Shown here: piece after piece, positions 54,983-64,000 of the stretch
How the letters are laid out: each line of letters begins with the position of its first letter
Position numbering within the stretch: the stretch's first letter is position 1
DNA from: Chrysomallon squamiferum
Lineage: Eukaryota; Animalia; Mollusca
DNA length: 64,000 bases
Direction: 5' to 3'
Assembly (NCBI GenBank): GCA_012295275.1
Contig: CM022666.1
Location: forward strand, 11,842,001-11,906,000
The notes under the pieces: generated by a model
Database searches by the model: none
Told to the model about the DNA's origin: nothing
What the model saw: the letters and a program-made list of their open reading frames with translations, nothing else
Translations under genes and position numbers: made by a program

Positions 54983-55445
54983 CTATTATTATTATTATTA
55001 TACTATATTTATATTTTCCATACTAAGTAAGTTCAAGGGTCCTTTACAGTGTAACTATTAAACTAAAATAAAAAAGAGATGGATATAAACATATTAAAAT
55101 AAATGTTAATGTAATGGTGAACATATCAAAATGGTGATAAAAATAAACGTCACCTTTCAAAGATGTATAACATAATTAACAGACAAGCTTGAACATTTTA
55201 AAATTGTAAAAATAGAACATAACTATATATTAACAAAGTGGATTTGAAAGAAATGGGTATGCACTAGTGTCTGTTGAATGTAGTTGTTGTTTCTTGATGT
55301 TATTTGGGAGCGAGTTTCACAACGTCGGTGCAGCATAAGTGAAATATCTCTGACCATGTGAAGCTGTTCTTGTTCTTGATGTTACTTATCTTAATGAATT
55401 CTTTGAATGCTTACTTGGGCAGTACACCTTTTTGATGTACTTTAG
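54952..55445 (-). mobile_element. 5'-truncated LINE (L2/CR1 group) 3' end
   Basis: The minus strand reads YCPSKH..SRTRTASHGQRYFTYAAPTL*NSLPNNIK, matching the L2/CR1 ORF2 C-terminal 'YGxRxFSxAAPxLWNSLP' motif. It is followed by a TGTAAAGGACCCTTGAAC 3' UTR and a (TAA)n(TAAA)n tail. Confidence 0.75.
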
Positions 55446-55537
55446 GGAATGATCGTTCAAGGGTTTAAGGTATGGACCAGGAGGTTGTACTTTATCCCAC
55501 AGTTAACACGGAAATGTGTTATTGCCAAATTATTATT

Positions 55538-55555
55538 AATAATAATAACAACAAC

Positions 55556-55630
<75 letters not shown>

Positions 55631-55638
55631 AAGAAGAA
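55538..55638. repeat. (AAT)n(AAG)n compound microsatellite
   Basis: Seen directly. Confidence 0.95.
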
Positions 55639-55700
55639 TTTAATATGAATTATATTATTTATTAATTACTGAAACTGTCCACAGTCGTGTGACTTCAGAT

Positions 55701-55953
55701 CAGCGGCGTGCAGAGGTCTGGTGATGCTCAGGGCCAACTCATTGATTGTGTGTCCCAAACATTCAAATGCAAGATCTTGTACTCAGAAATATTATGAGAA
55801 AGGAAGATATTTTGAATATATAAAAACAGATGAAACATAAAAAAAAACCCCACATTTTCGATTTAAATATAAATCAACCAAATTTATAAAGTTCTTTTCT
55901 GAATGGATGCCCGGGACAACCCAACGCCATTCGGCCCTTCCATCTGAGCACCA
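55701..55953. mobile_element. hAT-like MITE
   Basis: Begins CAGCGGCGTGCAGAGG and ends CCATCTGAGCACCA (degenerate TIR). Flanked by an 8-bp near-duplicate CTTCAGAT (55693-55700) / CTTCAGAG (55954-55961). Confidence 0.55.
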
Positions 55954-56509
55954 CTTCAGAGACGTTTCTAAACACATCATGTTGAAGAACTGCAAACATC
56001 GCAGACATTTATATAAAATAATGAATTTGTCTCCACATGCTTGTTCATCACTTGAAATCAAACCTATAGGTACTACTAAGAACTTTTAAAATCAACATAA
56101 ATCATACAGACTAGATTATTCAATTTGTTGTCCGTAATCGTGAATTTACTCTGTAATTATTTATGAGACTGCTTTAGATAATTTTCGAACTGTCGCTAAT
56201 TCTTAAATCAGAGTTTATTGTAGATTTTTCTGACTGTTTTGTCGGTAACTGAGAATATAACTGTTACTACTGCTGAATTTTGTTGTCGGTATTTTTGAAT
56301 TTATTCTCAAACTTGGCTCCACAAGTAACGTCTTTACACGTACACCGGTCGTGGCGAGAGAAAAGCTGCCCTCGTTGGTTTTGGAATAACTGTTTGATTT
56401 AACAAGCTTGTCAAGCAAATGTAGGTTAATGCATTTTTTATGTGACATATTTGTATTTGCATTAACTGTAAATAATTATATTTTTCTCAGTTATATGCTT
56501 GTTCCGCTT

Positions 56510-56621
56510 TGTTTATCGATAGATTCAACTTCGGTTTTTCTTCATTATATGGAGGAAAAATTCATAACGAACAGAAAAGCAAGAGCGCATGTGTTAGCGG
56601 AAGTTACAAAAGAAACAAAAC
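56510..56621 (+). promoter_or_regulatory. Putative housekeeping-type promoter of the DCN1 gene
   Basis: DRE palindrome TATCGATA (56514-56521), NRF1-like GCGCATGTG (56585-56593) and ETS CGGAAGT (56598-56604) lie directly upstream of AAACATG|GTAGGT. Confidence 0.55.
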
Positions 56622-59600
56622 ATGGTAGGTTGACTACGCTATTTTTCCTGTCAGATTAAAATGAGAATGATTTGTTTATTAATTTGTGTTTAATTTGATT
56701 TTTATTTTTAATTTTTTCAGCACAGACTGAAAAGCTCACAAAAAGATAAAGTAAGGCATTTCATTGCCTTTACACAAACGGGCGAAAAGACGGCAATCCA
56801 GTGTTTGGCAACACATGATTGGAAACTTGACGTCGCAATTGACAATTATTTTCAAAACCCAGAAAGATATAACAATGAACCAAGACATACTGTTGACAAA
56901 CGGAGATTGGAATCACTCTGGCATAGATATAAAGGTGAACCTCTAAAATTCTAGGCAAATCGTTAGATGAAAATGAAACTGAAAGGAAGTAAATTTATAC
57001 TTACGTAATTTACTAATTTAAGTGCGTGTGTAATTACTATATATAATATATTATTCTTTAATTACTAGCATACAAGTTGATAACATTATAATAATAAACA
57101 AAACAATAAAATGTATTTTAATCTAATTTTAAGAAAAATTGGATATAACAATGAAACAAATTTTTCTGAAAGTAAATATAGTATCAAAATAGCCTTAAGT
57201 TAGTGAAGTTTATGATTTCATATTTGATCATGATTTTATTGAATATTTAAAGCTGTTTGTATATAAATCAGTTTATGGTGGGAATATAATCTGTATTAGT
57301 AACATTAACTAGAAATGAATTTTGTTATAAAACAGCAAATCATTAATATACATTATTATTATATTTGGATATACATATGTGCTAATTATTTGTTTTGATG
57401 AATGCTAATGGAATTAACTACATATAACAGCATATACTGATAGAATAAAAAGTATTAAATCTTTTGTTTCTAGATCCACATGAAGAAGACAAGATGACTG
57501 TTGATGGTGTGATGAAATTTCTAGAAGACCTTTCTCTGAATCCAGAGTCAAGAACAGTGTTGATACTGGCCTGGAAATTCAAGGCAGCTACACAGTGTGA
57601 ATTTACTAAAGAAGAATTTGTCACCGGAATGATAGAGCTAGGGTAAAAAAGAAAAAAAAAGTGTTCTTCATTCAAATTTATATTTTTATAATTAATACTT
57701 CTTACTAGACAGTATAACCAACTTTGAGATGAAAATGATGCAAAATTCTTTTTTAACAGTTACAAATATTTAACTGTATTACAGTGTTGTATTATGTTAC
57801 TCTTTGTAATTTGTCACTGATCTCTGGGGATTACTTTTTTTTAATATATTTATGTGTCTAACTATTGATCTATCTGTGTATATATGTTTGTTTGTATTAG
57901 TCGATCTATCTATGTACATATGTTTGTGTGTGTGTATATATATATTTCTTGAAAAATCTTGTATCTGAAATGCAAGATTAAAACTTTCTCCATATTTGAC
58001 AGAATATTATAGGAGGCAACATGTCCAGTTTAAAATAAATACTTTGCCTCAATGCAGGAATTATTTTGCAGTGTTTCCTCTCACATACAAATCCCATTTT
58101 TGATGAAGTGTTACAAGTGTACATAACTGATATGATTTTGAAGTTCCAGCAATTAAAGAAATAACTTTGGACAATTTGAATAATTATATTTGTATGTGAG
58201 TGTGTGTAAATAACAAGTAATTTATCAAAATAAAAATAGTTTCATCCCAAATTTTTAGTCAGTGACTGAAACTATATTAATTTATCTAGTTACAGTATCT
58301 TGCCAGTATGTATAGTAATTGCAGGATAAATTGCATGTATGTGTGTATGTATGTATAATTAAGAAGTAATATTAAACATTATCAAATCCTTTTGGTTAAT
58401 CTCTAGTCCAGTGCTTGACATAAACTTTTCACAACAGATTGTTACTGTATTTCCCAATTAAGATATGATTTTCACTTTTCCAGACAAATAAAGACCAAAA
58501 TATTTGACTGAATGATATATTTAAATATTTTTATATAATATAACTAGTATAAAAGATGTTTATATAAAGCAAAAAAAAAATTAAAGAAATAAAAAATGAC
58601 TACAACCATAATAATAAAAGTAAGAAGAAACATAAACTGAACATTACCTATCAGTTTAGTTACACATGTCATTAACAGAACTGAGTGCAAAAGGTCTTAA
58701 ATTACATAATCCTTAAATTGTAATTAATTAACGTTTTGAAATACTAACACATACACACACACGGACAAACAGATATATATATAATACAAACAGCTAATCC
58801 CAAGCTCTAAAGTGGCTAATAATACAAGGCTGTGTTTAATTGTGAATATTTTTTAAAACTATATTGCTGGATAAATTAGAAATTATGTTCTGATATTTTG
58901 AAATATGAAATGAAAATAATTTTAAAAAAAGAAATAGTATTTCATATTTTTTCTTTTCTTTGTAGATGTGATACAATTGATAAACTCAGGAACAAATGTA
59001 CGGCTATGGAGGCAGAAATCAAGGATGCACAAAAATTTAAAGACTTTTACCAGTTTACTTTCAATTATGCCAAAAATCCTGGTCAGAAAGGATTAGGTAA
59101 AAGAGTTAAATTTTTATTTCAAACTGTCACTAACCACAGAGAATGTGGCTGAAGTTGCAGCTGTGTGTTACTGGTTAAAATAATTTGAAAAGATTTACAA
59201 ACTTAGTTTTATATATACACAGATCAGAAACAGAATTCATTGTTAGAATATAAATGGTGTTTAAAAATATATTTTGTATTTTTTGACATTCAGCTTTGTC
59301 TTTTCTGTTTATTTTTTGGTTTAAATTTAATATTGGGTATCAAACTGAAATTATTTTCATTCTAATGTTTATTTACATAAGGGTTTTTTTCTTCAGTTTT
59401 TGTTTTATATTTAAATATTCTTTATTAAATAATAAATAAATAAATTAATAGATTGTAATCCCAGTTTATGTCTCATTTCAGATCTGGAAGTGACTTTGTT
59501 TTTGTTTGTTTCATAAAATTTAAGATAAAACTCAGTGTGACATAACCCAGAGAATTGTTTTTATTGACATTGTATAGAATAAATCTTTGAGTTTCAGTTT

Positions 59601-60696
59601 ATATACATACTTGTTTTCTTTCAGATTTAGATATGGCTCTTGCTTACTGGAATATTGTACTGGCTGGCCGATTTAAGTTTCTTGATCTGTGGATTTCTTT
59701 TTTGCAAGTGAGCAAAGCATAAAATATAGGACTGATTTATTTTAAAACTAAATTTAGTTCTACTTACAGAACAATAAATATGTATACTTTAGTGATAAAG
59801 TATTAACTATCTGAAAAGTAAAAATCAATTTCTTATCCATATCTTTAAAATAAACTTTATAAAAAAAAAAAAATGTGGATTTTAATTTAAGAAATCAATA
59901 ATAGTCAGTATTGTGAATTGTTTTTTAAGGAACATCACAAACGATCAATACCAAAAGACACATGGAATTTACTACTTGACTTTTGTAACGTTATTGACGA
60001 TGATATGACAAACTATGATGAAGAAGGTAAATATTTGTTTTGTTCTTTTCACCATCACTGCCTAAAAAACTGAAGTGTTGTTGTTTCAGCATAGCCTGTG
60101 CTTTTATCTTGAGTTGTAATTATTATCTAAAAGTTCTTTGAGATAATCCTCTGTATGATTCACCATTTATCTTTAATTATCTTTCTTATTCAGTCAATGT
60201 TCAACTTTGGTGAATTATTTTTAGAACACAAGACTAATATTAAGCAACATGCCTAAATTGTAAGCAACCAACTGGTACAGAATTTTGTTAACACAATGTG
60301 TGATGCCAGATAATCAGGCTAAAAAGTGTGTTACTTCATAAAGAGAAATGTAAAAGAAAGTGTTTGAGGAAATTATTACAAAAATAATATTATGTTCAGT
60401 TCATAATACATTGAAAAGAAAAAAATATTTCTCCTTTTGAGATCAACTTTAAAAAAGAAAAAAAAGGGGCTTAAAAGTGAAATTTTGAGTGATCTTGGGT
60501 TTTGAATTTATTTCAGCCATCTCATCTCTTTTAATATTTGTTTGCAGTATGCTATCATTTTAAAATGGTTAGTTTTCTTTACAGGTTAATTAAAACTCTT
60601 GTGGTTTTATTTTCAGGTGCATGGCCAGTTTTGATTGACGACTTTGTGGAATATGCTAAACCTCTTGTTCACGGTCCCCGGAGTACCACTGTATAA
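56622..60696 (+). CDS. DCUN1D1: DCN1-like protein 1/2 (cullin neddylation co-E3; UBA-like plus PONY domain), 7 coding exons, 258 aa
   Basis: Exons: 56622-56624 (ATG only), 56721-56934, 57474-57642, 58966-59096, 59625-59707, 59930-60026, 60617-60696 (TAA); 777 nt in frame, all GT-AG. Translation [102 protein letters not shown]. The symbol denotes the DCUN1D1/DCUN1D2 co-ortholog. Confidence 0.97.
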
Positions 60697-63600
60697 CAGT
60701 GTGTTATACTTGTTATTGTTATTGATTTGAATGAAAGAAAACATCTGAAAACATTTTTATAACTCATGATTCTCTCAGGATTATAATGAGATGATAATAT
60801 TTTATAGCATGTTGTGTAATTTCTGAATACTGTTACAGCTGACAACATCCAGACCACTCTCAATTTGTAATAGCTGCTTATCTCCCCTGTTTACTTATTA
60901 TTTGTTTATAGCAGTGGAGTTATAAGCGGTTGTTTAATGAAATCTTTGTCTTATTAAAATAATCACTTGACATTAAATCAGTGGTGTAAGAACACATCGT
61001 GTGGTCCCAAACTTGTTATCAAGATGCAAAATCTAAGGAAGTGTGATACTAACTATTCCCTTGTAAATAGTTTCAAGTAAAATTAACATTTTTTCTACCT
61101 ATCAGGACTAGAAATTGTTACTAAATTCTAATAACAAATATATAAATTGTAGCAAAAGCTCTTGATTTTAATTAAATTATTATTATTTTTTTTGGTTTTC
61201 ATTGAATCATGGATATAAAAAATATAACTATTAAATTAAAATTTCTATTCTGTATTTAACTGAAAAATCTTTGCTATTTTGTGACAATAGCAAGAAATAT
61301 GTATTTATGAAATATTCTAAATCTACATATGAATTCAGAATAACTGAGTCATCTGTTGTATTATTATTATTTTTATTTTTAATGTTTTTATATAACCACA
61401 GGATATGGTTAGGAGATTTTAAGAAATTGAATTCCCATTAGTCAATAAATGTGATTTGATTTTCATTATTTTAAAGTAAATGTAGACTGTCTGAATCAAA
61501 GCCTCAAATTTATATCATGTTCATTTAGTGTGGTCAGTTTAAATAGTTTCTTTACTGAAATGGAAATTTGAAAAATAACTTTGTCAAAAGATACAAAGTT
61601 AATTTTCATTTGTCAGTGATAAAAACTGTTTTGTTTCATTTTAATAGTCACTAGACATTGTGTTTCTAACAGCAAATACATCTAGACATGTATTATCCAG
61701 CTTTGTATTGTTACCTATGTTCATTCTGAATATTAATCAGAAAAAATGTTTTAATAATTATTTATTAAAACTCCTAAACTGATTATGTTTTGATTTTCTG
61801 ATTAGTTGATATTTTATTTATTGTTTTTTTTTTTAAAACAAAATCACTAACATTTACACCAGTTTGTAATTACAAACATTCTGTCATTTTCTGAGTGTCT
61901 CTTATTACTGTATTATATATAGATATCGATGCAGGAGAAATAACAAAATATGCAACATGAAAGAATGTTCTGAGTGAGTTCACAAAATTTTAAAAAAATT
62001 TAATACAGATTTCTGATATTTTTATTTGTTCTTAAAAGCGACTGTTGATTTATTCTTTAGTGAATCTTATGAAATGTTTTAGTAGCATATTCCTGCACTT
62101 TTGTTAGTCCTCTTGTGTTGTGAATTTCAAATAACAAACTTTTTCTCTAGTACATTTTAAGTTGGATAAACAGAGAGGAAAATTTTAATTATTTGTTCTT
62201 GAATTAATTTTCAAGTGATATGTTTTCCTCCACAGGTTCATAAAGGAGATAAAACACTGAACAATAATAAACGATTGACTGAGGAAGGCGTCTTTTTGAA
62301 GTTTATCTACTTGATGATGTAACTTTAAAAAAAAAATGTTAAATGTGAATTTTTATAATTACTTTTCTGGTGGATAATGGGATTTTAAACAGCAATAAGC
62401 CAATAGATCATAACAAACATGTAACATGGGGAGTGGGTGCAACTCTTTCCATAAAAGCAATAGACTTTGTAAACCTTATTATGAGCTTATAATCAGTAAC
62501 TTAAACTTTATTCAGTTCTGTAGATTCTTTTTCTTCTTCTAATTTGCGCGTGTTCAGTTGTGTGATTAAACAGACTTATTTGCTATGATATTTACACCAT
62601 GTTTGAGTTTCAGGTTTTGCTGTGGCCTCAGACTGCTATTTTATGTTAAATTATTTGTAACTGGTAGTTATCACTGGTGTTTGACTGTAACTCAAATCAG
62701 AAGTAAATGACAGAATTCTTAAACACTGGATTTTGTTGTTCAGTTTAATTTTTCTCTCAAATCTTAGCTAATGCAAATGAGAGAAAAACTTCATTTTCAT
62801 TTTTTTCTTCTAAATTTTATTGTAATTTTGATATAAATGTTATTAAAACCTGCAAGTTTCAGATTCTTACTGGCAGAGGTTGATAGCTAACAACAAGTAA
62901 GACAAACAAAGACAAAACATTGAAAGTTCAGTAGGATTTAATGATAAATATTAGAAAAATGATCCCTGTTGAAGTGTTCTGATTGTTGTCCTGCAGTGTA
63001 GGAGAGACAGAACTGTGCACTGACACACAAACCAGACGGACTTGTAGTGACACTGACAACTCTGATGACTTCGGTTAGGCTATGCAGGGCATTCACGTAT
63101 CTTGAAAACATTTGTTTCTGCTACAGTTAAAATTAATTATAAATAAAACTTGTATGAGTTTAATCTCTTTAATAATGAGCTATGATCATGTGAGAAAAAA
63201 TAAAATTAGTTATAGACTGACATATTAAACTGATAACAGAATTAATTGTTTGCAACAGAAAACAGTAAATGTTAGACACAAGATTCACATCTTACAACCA
63301 ATCAGGTGACTTTGTTATGAAATTATGAAATTTCTGTTAATTTTAATTCCACAGTTCTGTTTTCTGGGTTTGTGTTCTTTTTCCCCTTTAACAGAAACAA
63401 GACTGAACTGAGTCCAAAAACCTAAATCATGTGTCAGTCACAGAATTCCACGAGCAAAATAGTAAACAAAGTGAAATTTTAAATGCAAAAATAAATTATA
63501 AATGTTAGCATATGCCAAGTCTCATAAAAGATGAATTTAAAATTTATAATTTATATTTATTTCGGTAGAATTCATTTTATATTTCTGTGCTGTTAAATAC

Positions 63601-64000
63601 TTAATAAACTGTAATGACTACAATTTTCATTTTAAAATGAAAAACTTGTTCTGTTGTGTACATTTTTCCACCCAGAACGTTTGAATAATGGCTGAAATCT
63701 ACTAGTTTGGCTGAAATCTACTAGTTTGGCTGTTTCAGTACAAATTTAGTTTCTTTGTTGTCTTAATTTTCAGATTTCTGCAGACAAATCTCATGTAATT
63801 ATAATTCTTTGTATAAAACATTGGTGTTCTTTTTGTTTGTCTTTGTTTACAGCCAAACAGGTAACTGATTTATATAAATGAGATCAGATTAAAGGTATCA
63901 AACATCCAGTGAAAGATATTAAGTTTATTGTTCATTTATCACTCTATTCTTAAGGTGTGAACAATTATAAAAATTTTGTATTTTTAAAAAAAAAAAAACG

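Noticed and set aside
63689-63733. 19-bp tandem duplication GGCTGAAATCTACTAGTTT
   Set aside because: Ordinary slippage duplication.

Overview
AT-rich, intron-containing animal genomic DNA, most likely a gastropod mollusc (inferred from the style of the tRNA-derived SINEs and the GPCR subfamily; not proven). I assembled four protein-coding genes by hand, all with GT-AG introns and consistent phases. (1) NELFCD/TH1L, + strand, 16 coding exons, 13243-22017, 584 aa. (2) An unnamed 279-aa type I membrane protein, - strand, 4 exons, 31684-26997: signal peptide, one mucin/CILP-type WxxW domain, one TM helix, two PPxY motifs and a C-terminal PDZ ligand. (3) A class A peptide-receptor-like GPCR with an uninterrupted CDS, - strand, 43394-42387, with non-canonical ENY and HCAIY motifs. 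(4) DCUN1D1/2-like DCN1, + strand, 7 coding exons, 56622-60696, 258 aa. The rest is microsatellites, three minisatellite or tandem arrays, MITEs, SINE and LINE fragments, and decayed transposon-like coding relics, including a 1.5-kb antisense relic in NELFCD intron 6. Most ORFs in the supplied track are spurious translations of low-complexity DNA. The most interesting item is the WxxW-TM-PY-PDZ protein. No database searches were run; family assignments come from motif recognition.
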